A stretch of DNA of 64,000 bases, taken from the NCBI GenBank assembly GCA_973895155.1, contig OZ316892.1:19417869-19481868 (forward strand), read 5' to 3'. This document shows positions 45,355-59,149 of the stretch, one piece after another. This stretch comes from Marsupella aquatica (taxonomy: Eukaryota; Plantae; Marchantiophyta). The position numbers and the translations under genes were made by a program. Numbering within the stretch: position 1 is the stretch's first letter; every line of letters starts with the position of its first letter. Below the pieces are notes generated by a model. The model did no database searches. It was not told the DNA's origin and saw only the letters and a program-made list of their open reading frames with translations.

Positions 45355-48300
45355 TGTTGTAGCTCATCAACAATCATCCTTCCATTCATTCCTCATCATA
45401 TAATATAGTCCTTTAGGTCGGTAAGGCAGTTGGGCAGTTGGTCTTAACCTAACCGTAGTAGGCTTGGTCCTAAGTAAGCTAGAGTTAACTTAGGTTACAA
45501 CACTTCCCCTTGGGTGTAACATGGTATGGGGAAATGTTGCAGCCAATTAAAGCCTACTTTAATCATTATGGGGGAATGTAATCTAATTAAAACCCCCCCT
45601 CCTTTCTTGTGGGGGGAAAGAGTATTACCATTCCCTCCATGATTTAGTTTGTAATTTAACTTAAAAGTATTGATGTATTAGGCTAATGTAACCTTATATG
45701 CTAGTATGTAAAGTTGATTCTAATGGACGTTGGTGTCCTCTGATGTTTTGTCGTGTATTGTCAATGATGGCCATTTCGATGTCGTCTCGTTGTTCTTGGT
45801 TTGGAACGCACTTTTGGCTGCAAGGCTGTTGATTTTTGTCTATGATCAGGCGGAGGTCGAGCGGCTCTCCCCCTGAATGGTGTGAGTGTATCAACTGCGA
45901 TCCCAAGTTTGGTTAGTTTATCTGCAATTGAGATAAGTTTCTTAGCCCTATCGAATGTGCATGCTTTTTGTGGAGAGTGGGTGGTAGGGCTTTCGTAAAC
46001 ATATCTGCAGAGTTTGATTCGCTTGGTATCCAGTGCACTTCAATGCTTTTGCTTTGCTGCTCCTTAGTAAAGAAGAACTTCGGGGCAATGTGCTTTGTTC
46101 AGTCACCCTTGATGAAACCTGTTTGAATTTGATCGACGCATGGTCGGTTGTCTTCGTATACATGTGTGGGTGCAGTCAGTCTTGGCGTTCCTGTGTTATA
46201 ATGTATGTGGTTGATCACGTTTCGTAACCAGATGCACTCGCGGCTGGCTTCGTATAACGCAATTATTTCGGAGTGGTTTGATGAGGTTGTGGTAAGTGTT
46301 TGCTTGTTGCTCCTCCATGAGAACGCCATTTGCCCCATCAAGAACACATACCCTATCTGTGACTTAGCGTCTTGAGGGTCAGACAGATATCCTGCATCAG
46401 CATATCCAGTTAGTAAGTAAGTAGCGTTCTTTGGGTAGAATAATCCCAGGTCTATGGTACCTCTTAGGTAGCGGAAAATTTGCTTGATGCCATTCCAGTG
46501 GCGTATTGTTGGTGCTGCACTGTGGCGGGCCAGTAAGTTCACCGAGAATGCTAGATCAGGTCTGGTCTGGTTGGCGAGAAACATTAGGACACCTGTAGCA
46601 GATAGGTATGGTTTTTCTGAGCCAAGTAGTGGCTCATTCTCGTTCCTCTTCCGGAAGATGTCCTTATCCTTATCCAAGGAGCGAATGTCCATTGGAGATT
46701 GGACTGGTTTTGCCTGCTGCATGTTAAATTGTTTCAATATCTTTCTTGTATATGTAGATTGATGCAGGAAAATTCCAGTGGGCAAGTGTTCAAATTGCAA
46801 TCCGAGGCAGAATGTAGTCTGCCCCAAGTCTCTCACCTCGAATGCCCTTTTCAGTAATTTAATGGTTTCCAGCATGATTCGGCTGGTCCCGAATAAGTTC
46901 AGATCATCCACGTATATGACGATGATTATGAGTTCTCGTCCTTCTTTCTTAATGAATATGCATGGTGTTATGTCTGCATTCGTGAATCCCATTGCTAGCA
47001 TTTCTGATTTGAATCTCTTATACCATGTCAATCCGCTCTGTTTCAGGCCATACATTGAGCGAAGTACTTGTACTGCGAAGCGAGTTAGTTTGGTGAGATT
47101 TTTCGGTTGTGTTTCTTGCTTTGAAGAAGCTCCCAATGCAATTGATTTGGCTATTTTATGTAGTACTGCAGCGTTGGTGTGGTCGAAGGTGCTCTTCTGT
47201 TGTTTATCTTGTCCTTCGTTTGTATGCTCCCCCTTGCTGTGGTGTTCCACTCGTTGTATCAATTCTGGTGGGGCCTCCATATGTATTACTGTATCCAAGT
47301 GGCCGTATAGGTAAGCCGTCACTATGTCCATTTGGTGCATAGATAGGTTGTGGTGCTGGGAGAAGGTGATCAGATAGCGGTAGGTAATTACGTCCATCAC
47401 AGGAGAGTACATGAGGTCGTAATCTCGGCCAGGGATTTGTGTAAATCCCTTTGCTACCAATCGGGCCTTGTGTCTGACCACCTCCCCCTGTGCATTTTGT
47501 TTCTTCACGAAAGTCCATCTGCATCCCGTGAGGTGAGTGCCTGGGGCTGCTGGTGTAATAGGGCCGAACACATGGCGTGATATGAGGGAGTCTAATTCCG
47601 AGTGGATTGCTTTTTCCCACTCAGGCCAGTCTGGGTGGGTTTGTGCTTCTCGGATTGTTTTTGGGTCTGGTATGTCTTCTTGTATTTGCTGAGATATGTG
47701 GAATGCAAATTGTTCGTCTATTGTTGTGTGCTTTCTGTCCCAGATGTGTCCTATGCTACCATAGTTGATAGCAATCTCCTCGTTATCATCTTGTGTAGTA
47801 GTCTGTAGGGGAGCCAAGTCCCGGTTTGGTGGTGATGGGTTTCGCAGTGGGATTCCCCTCCTCTGCTTGGGTTGTCTGTCTGCGGAGCCTAGTGGGCGGC
47901 CCCGCTTTGCTCGTGGTGCGGTTATTGTGGCAGGTTGGGTTTCCATTTGTATTCTTGATGGGGTGTTGGCCGCCGGGATATGTGATCTAGTTGTTTTTGC
48001 AGCGTCTGCAAATGAGTCTAGTAGGTGTTCTACCATTCTTGTGAGGTGGAGGAGTCTTTGAACTTCGTTGTCTGTGTGGCTGGTTCAGGGGTCATTCCAA
48101 AACGCAGATTGGGTTTGCCAGGTAAGGGACTTGTCTCTATCCATCTGCTGCTTTGTTTGTAGTTTAGGAAAGGTCTCCTCGTAGAAATGGCAGTCTACGA
48201 AGCGTGCCTTAAAGACGTCCGATGTGGTAGGTTCCAGATATCGGATAATCGATGTGGAGTCACATCCGATGTATATTCCTGGTTGCCTCTGAGGGCCCAT

Positions 48301-50977
48301 CTTGGTGCGTTTGGGGCCCAGGATTGGCACCATCACTAGGCAGCCGAAGGTCCTCAGGTGGGATATATTTGGAGTGTTGCCAAGGGCCAATGTGTGTGGC
48401 GAGCTGGAGTTGTATGCTGACGGTCTGTAACTGAGTAATGTGGCAGAGTGGAGGATGGCGTGTCCCCATGCAGTTGTGGGGAGATTACTCTGCATCAGTA
48501 GTGGTCGTGCAGTTGTTTGGGTGTGTTTTATCAAAGATTCCACAGTCCCGTTTTGGAAGTGGACATGGGGAACTGGGTACTGCACATCTATTCCTGCTGC
48601 GGTGAAAAATTCTTCAAAGGTTTTGGAGGTAAACTCCCCTGCATTGTCCACTCTGATTGTTCGGATATGGTTGTCCGGAAATTGTGCTCTTAATTTTAGA
48701 ATGTGGGCTAGTAGGCAAGGGAAGACCAAGTTCCAGGTAGATAGGAGCGAAATTTGGGACCATTTTGTGGATGCATCTATGACTGCTAAGAAAAATTGGA
48801 ATGGGCCGCTGGGGTTCAATTGGTCCGCAGACGTCTGCGTGTATACGTTCCAGGAAGTTGGGGATTCTACTTTCGGTGGTCGATGGGGAAGGCCTGGTTG
48901 TCATTTTTCCCTGTGAGCATGCGAGGCATGGCTCGTGCATGGATGTAGGGTGTACCAAAGGTGGTATTCCCTTGGTTTGTTTAATAATTCTCTGGAACAT
49001 GTTAAGGCCCGGGTGGCCGAGTCTCCTGTGCCAAAGCTCTGTGATGGTGTTTTGTTGAGGCTCGGTGTAAAAGCTTTGTATATTCGTAACATAGAAGCCG
49101 GGAGGGGTTGCTTTCAGGGTTTCTCGGATCCCATTTTTCTGTGGTGTTTTGGATGTTATATGGAGGGCTTCCAGTTCGTTGGAGGTCCCAGTCTGTATGT
49201 GTAGGTCATTGGCTCTTATGTCTCCAAAACTTAATAGATTTCTAGTTGCTTTGGGTGCGTATATGGCTGAGCTTATCTTTATCACGGTGCCATTGGGTAA
49301 TATGACGGTTGCAGGTCCGTAACCTTCCTCTAGTTGATGTTGGCCCATTATAGTTGTGACTTTCCGCTATGATGGAGTTATATGTGTGAAGTGTTCCTTA
49401 TTTTTCAGAATTGAATGTGAGGTTCTGCTATCGACTATGCAATAGGAAGGGTCCTCGGGATTTTTTGTGTAATTCCTTATGGCCATGTGTATCTCGGGGA
49501 GGATATCCATCGAGTCCATAAATGTTCCATATGTTTCAGGTTCGTTTGTGTTGATACTTTTCTTATAAAGGGCCACAAGGTGTGAAGGTGCTCGGCATAG
49601 TTTCTGAATGTGCCCTCTAGTTCCACAGCGAAAACATAGAGGAGGGTTTTCGAGTTTATCTCGTGAGTTGTGTTGCTCTTGGTTGAACTTCGTCCGGGGC
49701 TGATTGTTGTTATCTCGTTTCCAGGTGCTCCTCGAGCTCCCTCCATCGTATCGGTATCTGCCTCGACCTCGTCCACGGAAAAAGTTTCCTCTTCCTCCAC
49801 GTTGGGAGTTAGCTCCTTGGCCCCGGTAGGGGACTCGCCCTCTGTTGCCTCCTCGGCCTCGCGATAATGTCCCCTCTCCCCTGTGTGTTGCCGCGTAGTT
49901 GGTTTTTGGGGTTATTTGTGGTGGGAGGGTTCCTGGGGGACGCTTTTGTGCATTCTGTAGTAAAAGGAGCTGGTGCTTCTCAGCTAGAAGCATATGGGCA
50001 ATTAGTTTGGAGTATTTGGTAAAGGCCATGTTCCGGTATTGCGTTGAGAGTATTAGATTGGTGGAATGCAGGGTAGACAATGTCTTTTCGATCTGCTCGG
50101 CGTCGTTGACTGGTTGACCACAAATTGCCAATTGCGCCACGATCCTGAATAGCTCGCTATTATATTCTGCAATCGTCTTGTAATCTTGAACTCTCAAATT
50201 AATCCAGTCATGTCGCGCCGCTGGCAGGTAAATCATTCGAGTATGATCGAAGTGGGATTGAAGCTCGTCCCAGAGTATTCGCGGATTGAATTCGTTCATA
50301 TATTGCCTTTTCAGGGAGTCGCTTAGATGATGTCTAATTAGTATTAAGGCTTTTGCCTTTTGCTGTAGAGTTGTTCCCGCATCTGTTATGATTGTGTCCT
50401 GGAGATCCTTAGCGGCGAGGTGGGCTTCAACGTCTAAGGTCTAGGATAAGTAATTAGCGCCATCTATACTGAGAGGTTGAAATAGGAGTTTCTCAATAGA
50501 ATTAGTCGGTATTGACATCCTGGTTTGGTTAATTGTGGTCCTATTGGATTCGGGTATAAGAGCCGCAATCTATGTGTATTCTCCGTCTGGTGCAATTGCT
50601 TAATCGTTTGAGCTTTCGGTTGTTCATTGTGCTTCTGCGGGTCTGCATGTGCGGGATTGAATTTCCGCTTCTAAAATTGTTCTTGGATCCTTGATTCTCA
50701 ATGGGTGGATGTCACTTTTGCTTCCACTTCTATTCTTATCGTGTGTTTTCCCCAATTGGTCCTCTTGTAAAACAAATCCGCGGATGGGCGAACGACCAAA
50801 AAAAAAATTGAGCTTTGTGCTGATAACATGTTGTAGCTCATCAACAATCATCCTTCCATTCATTCCTCATCATATACATATAGCCCTTTAGGTCGGTAAG
50901 GCAGTTGGGCAGTTGGTCTTAACCTAACCGTAGTAGGCTTGGTCCTAGGTAAGCTAGAGTTAACTTAGGTTACAACA
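45355..50977 (-). mobile_element. Full-length Ty1/copia retrotransposon, Bianca lineage
   Basis: Short LTRs 45355-45502 and 50829-50977; TSD AGTAT; minus-strand PBS TGTTATCAGCAC; PPT AGGGGAAG; Bianca-type Gag (GANYLS.LDVEAHL, AARHDWINLRVQDYKTIAEYNS). Confidence 0.95.
45915..50518 (-). pseudogene. Bianca gag-pol, decayed
   Basis: Gag from ATG 50518, CFRCGTRGHIQKLC, LWHRRLGHPG, IHADVCGPI, RVDNAGEF, KARLVAKGF, MYGLKQSG, YVDDL, GYADAGYLSDP; several stops and frameshifts. Confidence 0.92.
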
Positions 50978-52836
50978 AGTATATCATTAGTCAAGAGAAT
51001 TTTTGCAATCATGGGAACTGAGATCAATCCAACTGACATGGAGAGGTTTTCATCTTTGGTTGCTGCATACTTACATGGAATGAAGGAGAAGGAGATGGAG
51101 GAGAACAAAAAGAAGGAGTTGCTTGGAAGGACCACAAAGTACTTGCACTCAGTTCTTACTAAGCAAGGAGAATTTGATGGGAAAAATGTGATAAGGTATC
51201 TCAAGGAATATTGGATAGAGGCTACAATTCACAAGATTGATGCCAAGATAGCAGTCAAGGAGTTTGTGTCTTTGGCGGAACCTGATCTCAAGGAAATTGT
51301 TGTTTCCTTGACATAGAAAGCTAATGGAGAAAAGGCATGGAATATTTTTGAGCTGAGAATGAAAGAAGAATTTCAGCTGAAAGATCCAGATAGGGTCACG
51401 TAGGCATCTTTCCTTGATTGGGTGATTGACAGAAGTAAGAAGTTGGGACCTCAAGAGTTGATGAGAGAGTTTGTCAAGAAGTTCAATTAACTTCCTGAGA
51501 TAGGATCTGAAGTTATCAAGGTCCAAAAGGCTACTCTACTCATCCGGGCTGCTGATGAGAAGCTTCAGGATGAGTTAGAGCTTGCTCTTGAGCTAATGAA
51601 CCCGAGTCGTGGGGCTAATCAGCCAACTTGGAAGGAGGTTGAGACTGCTATGCTAAGAGTCAGTCAAAAGCACAGAAGGAAGAAACTCAGTCATGAAGGT
51701 GTTCTGGACACAGTAGCACCTGTGACTTCTATGAGAAGAATGCAGAAGATGGAATCAACAACCGATAGGGGTGAGAAGAGTGTGGACAAGATGGATGAGT
51801 TGTCTGAACTCATGAAGAATCTTACCATTCTTGCCACCCAAGCTTTGGGACAAATTGGAGGCAACACATCGAGACCACCATCAAGAGGTAGTGGAGGAGC
51901 AGGAAGTTCTATCGGAGGACCAAGAAGTTGGAATTGCATCTGGTGTGATAGCAAAGAGCACTCTAGAAGAGAGTGTGCTGAGCTGTCTGCTGCTCTAAAG
52001 GAGAGAATGGTTAAGTTTGTTGAGCATGATGGCATAAGAAAACTTACCTATCATGATTCGGGTGAACTTATTCCAGTCAATGCCAACAAAGGTGGTATGA
52101 AGATACTAGTGGAGAAGAGAATGGTTGAACATCATAACTCAGCCATTGCTGCAGCTTATGGGGACAAGGGTGAGCATGAAGCAGATGTCTACACTATGTT
52201 TGAGGATCCTTTGTTAGCAGGATCCTCAAAGACAAAGAAGAAAAGGCTAGCAAAGTTTGTAAGGAGGAAATCAAGTTGGAATGATCCTGTTTGATCTCTG
52301 CTTTTATTGCAGAGGTAGGGTCTCTATGGGATTCTATTGTGGAGGAGAAGAGAAAGTCTGTGGAGCCTTTGGAAGACCGTGCTAAAAGAAAACAAAAAGT
52401 GGATTATGGACCTTCTATTCCTAGGCTATCATCTGATGTGCCAATGAGAAGGAGTGTTCGATTTGAGGATAGAGTAAGCACCCCTAAACCCTAAACTTTG
52501 ACCCCTTCAAAGGAGTTGGAAGTAGTAAAAAAGGAGAAGGTAGAAAAGAAAGGACCTGGTTGGATACTTGGAAGGGACGTGGAGCAACACATAGAGTATG
52601 ACCAGGTTGCTGACAAGTTTTGGAAAGCCATAGTGAGTGGAGTCACCAATGAGGAGTTTTTTGCTTGCATGAACTCCAAAGCTCAAGATGCTTTAATTGC
52701 AAAGGTGAAGCAAAAAATATTTTATAAAGAAGGACCTCATGCATTGGGAGCAGAGTTTTATTCTGAAGTTGGAGAGGATGGAGAAGGTTCATTTTCAAGA
52801 GCTAATACATAGTGTCAAGTGTATCAAGTGAATGTT

Positions 52837-53030
52837 GAGAAGATCCCTGGACCACAGATGCTAGGGTCTTCAAAGGAGAATCTTGATCCCTGGACCACAG
52901 ATGCTAGGGTCTTCAAAAGAGAAGATCCCTAGACCATAGATGCTAGGGTTTTCAAATGATGAAGTTTCTAGACCACAGATGCCAGAGTCTTCAAAGGAGG
53001 TAGTTTCTAAACCAAAGATGTTAGAAGCTA
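52837..53030 (+). repeat. ~39-bp tandem repeat in the gag-protease linker
   Basis: gatccctggaccacagatgctagggtcttcaaa repeated 4-5 times with progressive decay. Confidence 0.75.
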
Positions 53031-53389
53031 AGCTATTGGACTTGGGAAGATGGGAACCATTGATGGAAGAAAAGTTTGACAAGTCACAAGAAGTGGCAAA
53101 AATCAGTCAAGAGGAGGTACTCAAGGCTTCACAAAGTGTGTGGGTCATGTGTGCCGCTACCATGAAGAATCTTGAATTGGAGATGGCAAAGAGTCCATCT
53201 TGGAACCATTCTGGGCAAGAACTTGCTCAGTGGTGGAAATGGAGCTTGTGGGGATGGAGGGCAAAGCCCGAGCATTGATTGATACTGGATCAAAGGTAAA
53301 TCTAATGTCAAGAAGTATCTATGATCTTGGGCAATGGATGGTTGATTGTGATACCCAGTGGTCAGTGAACTCAATCAATCGTTCAAAGA

Positions 53390-56300
53390 CACTAGAAGAA
53401 GTTGAGGTGAACTGAGATCGCAATATGTGACTCATTTTGGCTCATGTGACTTCATTGTGACTCAACGTGACTTGACCCACGCTGTGACCCTTGGAGTTGC
53501 AAAAGTTGAGACCAAAAAATGGAAGTCACTATTGATACTGGGCTTTGTGACTTGCTTGAATTGAAGATTCACCTCCAAGCCGGAGACCGATCACTTCATT
53601 ACAACAGCTTCTGGACGGAACAAACTCTGCTCAGCCCCACAGAAACACAAATGTTAAGGCTCCAAGTCAGAGCTCACAAACAGAAACTCAGATAAATAAC
53701 ATTCAAAATCTGTCCAGGTTTGTGCAAAGTGTACATATTCATTCTTCTGGAATGAACATGCAATGCATACATCACCTAGACACAGTCATTATAAATCATT
53801 GGGCAAGTGTGTTCCTATTTCGAGGCTACAGGAAAGGATAGAGTGACACCAAACTCAAGAGTACACCAAAAGAAAAACAGCAGAACTAAAGTTAATCATG
53901 TGTGGATAAACTGCACATGGGAAGTTCCCTTGAAGAAGCATCAGTTGCTAACATTGTCACTCGAACCACACCCAGTTTATTACCTCAATGTCTTCAGCCT
54001 CAATATCCAATCCTCAGCCCCCTGGTGCTTACGTGTTTGTTCTGAAAATTTCTGTGATGAAATAATTATTCAATACATTCAATAGCAAAGAGAACTCGAT
54101 CACAAAAGAAAAATAGTTAGTGTGAATGCTAATTTCTCAACACTTAACTAAATTCAAACCACCAATTCAAGTAGTAAGTTTCAAAAATTTGCCTTTACAT
54201 GAAGAGAAACCAATTGGCCATGCATCTTACTAAAGCAATAAACAAATAATTAGGCTCAACACACAGGCAAACTAAGTCTCGAAACATGCTACTGAGAAGT
54301 AGCATTTTTTGAATGTCAGACTATGTGTAAGTGCCATGATCGTGCTCCTACGATTCACAAGGAGGGCTAGCCCAAAAGGGAGAAGCAACAATGTGGAGTC
54401 TATACACGTAGCACAAATCCCAGTTTAGAAGGGTGGATGAAGTTCAGAAAGAGTTCGATCAGAACTTGCCATTTGAGATTGCCAATCTGAACTTCACATT
54501 TGGCCATATAGTTATCCTTGTGGCCTTCAGCTGCGTGTCTCAGGCTGAATTTCACTTTCCAGTTTCGAGAGTTGTGAAGGTCTAGTTTTAGTAACTTCCT
54601 CCTAACTCGACTTGGGAGCATTCTCTATATTTGCTAGCTTGTAGTTAGCTTTGACTCCTGTTAGCTTAGTTGACGACCCTCTTGAGATATTAACAATTAG
54701 AACAAACACAAGTTGTCAAGATAGATTCCACCGGAGCAAAAAGTCCAAAATCAGGTGAAAGAAAACCTAAGGAAAGTCCATAAGAACGAAAGTAGGAAGG
54801 CAGGCGCACGGGCCACCGAGCAAAGTAAAGGATGCATGTGATTAGTGGGGAGGGATCTTAGCAAAAATAGGGGAAAGCAAGGGAACTTGCTACTAAAATC
54901 AGCTGAACGATTGCACAGTTCCTATAAATTTAGTGGACCTTAAGGTCGTCTGTTCACCCCCCCCACCCCACCGCCAGAGCACGGGGCACAAGGCTTGTTC
55001 TGATACAGGGAGGAGCGAAACAGTCATGTCAAGCTGCAAGAAGTGTGGAGAGACCAATCAGTAAGCAAAAATACGGGAGAACATACATACATCAGCAGCA
55101 ACAGGAAACAAGAAAGATGATTTTGGGTGGCATCTTAGGGTCGGGGACACCACTGCAACACCGGGACCTAGGATATGACTTGTTCTTAATCTGCTGATAG
55201 CATCCGGCAGGCCGGCGACCCATGGCAAAAGGGCAGAGCAGCAATCCGCTCAAAATGGAACATTCAACAGGAAATGAAGAATAGGCACCCAAGCTCAGAC
55301 TGTGTAGAAGTACAGTACCAAGGCTCAATCCCTCTCTTCATTGGGTTAGCACCTATGTAGGTGCAGGCTAAGGAGCAGTAGTGACTACGGCATCTGGGAA
55401 GGCGCAACTCAACAACAGAAATTCAGAAGCACCACTTGGCCGCTTGGGACTGTCTGTGGTAGTCAAACAGTATCATGGGTCTTGCCTGGCTGGCAAGGTG
55501 TACGCAGAGAGCGATGTTTGCCCAATAAGAGCTTATAAGAAAAGGAATGAGTGGGTCTTACCTTGTGAGGGTTTAATCAACTTTGCGCTCAATGATTGGA
55601 TATATGTTGATAGCGTGCCCAAGGTTGTAGATTAGTAACGCGTTTGCAATCCCTTCCACCTCACCAGCTGCAGCCCACAGTCATAGTCATTTTCAGAAAA
55701 ATTTGCGCTGCTGAAACTTTGAAGGAACCTAAGTAAAAAGAAACTTCGACAACACCAGTCAAGTCACGAGTTCTTACCAACATTTACAACAAATGAAGGT
55801 CACAGCTCCCTAAACCTTGCCACTCCGCTACTCGCTCTCAGCTATGACCTTCAACCCTGCCACTCCGCTATGAAATGAAACTAACAAAACCTCCCAATCC
55901 CATAAGCCCCGCGGGGACTGGCGCACCAGTGTCACTGCCAATAGCCCTCAGATCCGAGCTGTTGTTTCCGCGAGAAAAGCTGAGAGTAGAAATAATCGCA
56001 CTAGTAGTGGCAGCAAAAGACAAACCTTGATCAAGCGCTGCTGCTACGCACGCACGCCATCGCCATCTCTAGAGCTCTCGATCTTCTCACCTGACAAAAT
56101 CATTCACTGTTTGTTTTCAAGCTGGATATTGGAGTCTGCGTCTCTCGTCCAAGGCTTCCGATCATCTGCTCTGGTCCAAAGCTCCCAAACTTGCAGACTG
56201 AGAACGAGGAATAGGGTTGTGGTATGCATTGGACAAGAAGTCAGTGAGTGAGGTAGTCGACTCTCGGCCACGAAGAGCAGAAGACGAATTAGACGAGCAT

Positions 56301-57372
56301 GAAGACCCCGACAACAATGACATATCCAGACGACAAGTAGGGACTTACGCAATAAAGTCTAGCCTTGATCAAGCGTTGTTGCTGCACCTGCCTGCCATCA
56401 CCATCTCTCAAGCGGGAGTGAAGTCGATCCGTAAAGCTCCTCGCACAAAACCCTTCACAAAACCTTCAGGCACGATGAATGTCCCCGTAAGCACAATGGA
56501 CAAGCGAGTTTTTCTGAAACCGCCGAGTTCCCACGCACATTCAACTCAACTTTGCACTATACTGCCGTGTTAAACAAAACCCGCGCACCATAAACTTGTG
56601 TCCAAAGGCACACTCACGCACATTGAAGTGGAGACATTAGTTCACAAAAGAGACACAAAAGTCTATGATTTGCCTAATTAGTTTTTTCCTTTGAAACCAA
56701 AGGACTTACGTAATAGTTATATGTGGGGTGAGTGGTTAGTCACAACTTTAAACCACCCCCTTTGGTGAAAATGTGGCCAAATAGTCAGGTATATATGACC
56801 CCACATTACCATTATGAAAAGTACACTTTTTTAGGGTTGGGGTAGTGAAGAGCTGATCATATATATATTTAAGTTGGACATTTAAGTTGGACTTATATTG
56901 AACATGAACCATGCATTGGTTGTCATATATGAAGGGGGCATGGGAAACATGAAGGTTTCTAGGGCATGGGAATAAGTAAACCCAACCTACATATGTGAGG
57001 CTGAAATTGGGTGATAATTAAGCACGCCTTTGGCTCGACCAGAAGACGTCGATAGAAAAATTAGAGATTGACTACAAAAAGTATTAAGTTAGGTTAGCAA
57101 GCTTTGACAAATCCTTTTTGCAGTTGAATGGGGCTGGGGCGCGATTCATGGTGTCTAAATGGGGGCAGGAATAATGATGGAATACTCAGTAATGGTTTAA
57201 AATGGTATGACCTGACTATAAAGTTGTAAACATAACTCCTCAAAACTTCACCAAAACTCAGTCAAGAAGGTGTGACTAACATGACACCAACAACTTTGGA
57301 GTCGCTGTTTCATGAAGGTCTCGGACAAGTCACGTTCTTTGTGGTCTCAGAAAGGGTGGGTTTCTTCTAGTG
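53390..57372. mobile_element. Non-autonomous Pack-CACTA element, 3983 bp
   Basis: TIRs CACTAGAAGAA/TTCTTCTAGTG; TSD AGA (53387-53389, 57373-57375); the protease frame rejoins across it; no transposase inside. Confidence 0.93.
55134..55223 (-). pseudogene. RPL10: Captured N-terminal fragment of 60S ribosomal protein L10 (uL16)
   Basis: [30 protein letters not shown] versus canonical [30 protein letters not shown]. Confidence 0.9.
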
Positions 57373-59149
57373 AGAATACACTTTGGGGAGGATGTCCATG
57401 AGTTCCAGTGAAGGTTGGCAATGTGATTGAGCCAACTAACACTTTTGTGCATGATAGCTTATCCTATGACTTGATTTTAGGGCAGCCTTACATTACTCAA
57501 GCTCAATTGTAATACAAGGTTTTGCCAGATGATACTCATATGGCAAAGGTGAGGAGTCGAGATAATTTGCGGATTATTCAATTTCCTGTGGTGAAACCTG
57601 GACATTGGAGGAATCGAAAGGAGTTGAGAGGACCTGAATCCAAGGAAGGAAATGAGGATTTCCTGAAGGCGTCTCGTTAAATAATGCGGGATGGCGGGAC
57701 GCCGTCTCTGATGACCCGTTGATGACTTGGAATGTGAATAGTTTGTTGACAAGCTTATTTGAAGGTGAAAGCTTGCATTGTCGAATTTCTTATGTGAAAG
57801 TGTGTGAAACTACTAGAAAATTCAAAAAGAAAATTGCGAGGATTGACGATACTAAGTATGGAAATACATGCATTGCTAGAGGAATGTGAGGAGATCGAAG
57901 GCCTTCTAGATGAAGGAGTGGTAGTCTCTTTGGAAGAAATAATTGAAGATCTTTCAAAGGGAAGAACTTTTATGGAAATCAGTCATGAGTTGTATGGTGA
58001 ATTATCTCAATTTGTTGAGGTCAACACCAAGTACAAAATGGTGGACAAGAAAGTGAGACCAGCTGCACTTCCTTTGCCTTTGGATGCTAAGGAGGTTCTA
58101 GAGAAGGCAAGGAAGGAGACCAGTCTTAGAGATTGGACTAAGATTGGCCATAAATTCACAGAGGAGACCCTTAATCAACTAAGGATTGGCGATGATGGGT
58201 TGTTGACAAGGAGAGAAAGAGAGAATTTTCGACAAATGATTGGTGAACATGGTAAGGCTTTTGTTTTTTATCCTGAAGAGATGGGATGTGTAGATCCTAG
58301 TGTAGTTACTCCTATGGTGATTTTCACTGTCCCTCATATTCCTTGGGACTTGAAACCTATTCCGGTGCCCAAGGCTTTGTTGCCTAAACTTGTTGATCTC
58401 TTGAAGGAGAAACTTTCCACTAGGATCTTGGAAAGAGCAGATGCACTTTATTCTAATTGTTGGTTTACCATTTGCAAAAACAATGGTAAACTTAGATTTA
58501 TTCAGGATATGCAACCACCCAACAAGGTTACTATTTGCAACACTGGAATAGGACCTATAGTTGATGAGTTTGCAGAAGAGTTTGCCGGTAGAGCCATCTA
58601 TTCATGTGGTAACCTCTATCAGGCTATGATCAGTTTCAGTTGGCTCAAAGCTCGGGGGTCTCACTATATGGGGGACCTCCCCATCACCTGCGACGTTTTT
58701 AGGCCTCGGACCCCCTAAAATGTAAGAAAAAATTATTATTTTTTAACCCCTATAAAGTTGGAATATTTTTGGAATATTTCCAAAAATTGGATTAAAAAGA
58801 CCCTAATGTTCTTACAAGTCTCAAAATTGAATTTAAAAGACCCTATCAATTGTTCTTCTACAAAAATTCTTAAGTCTTCCCTTACAACCAATAAAATGAC
58901 CCTATTCTTTGTCGCACGTGATATGCCATTTTTGTGGAAGTGAAACCCCCAAGGTGACAAACTTCTCATTCTTGGCCATCTGCAGCAAATCAAATAGAGA
59001 GGCTAAGTATTTAGAAACTGCTAAAATCTTATGCTGCACGTATGCTATCATTGAAGTATTGAATGGCACATTCACAGTTCACTCCTTAAGGACACAGTCA
59101 AGATCCATATACTACAATTAAAGCACATACTCTACTTGACCCGGGACTT

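Larger units (their letters stand above)
51011..58654 (+). pseudogene. Second gypsy element gag-protease-RT, decayed and interrupted
   Basis: Gag (FDGKNV, CIWCDSKEHSRREC); protease ALIDTGSKVNLM continuing after 57375 (NTLWGGC..DLILGQPY); RT (VIFTVPHIPW, KLRFIQDMQPPNKVTI, FAGRAIYS, GYDQFQLA), cut at ~58654. Confidence 0.88.

Noticed and set aside
56000-56008. Internal CACTAGTAG as another CACTA end
   Set aside because: No matching partner TIR or TSD was found.
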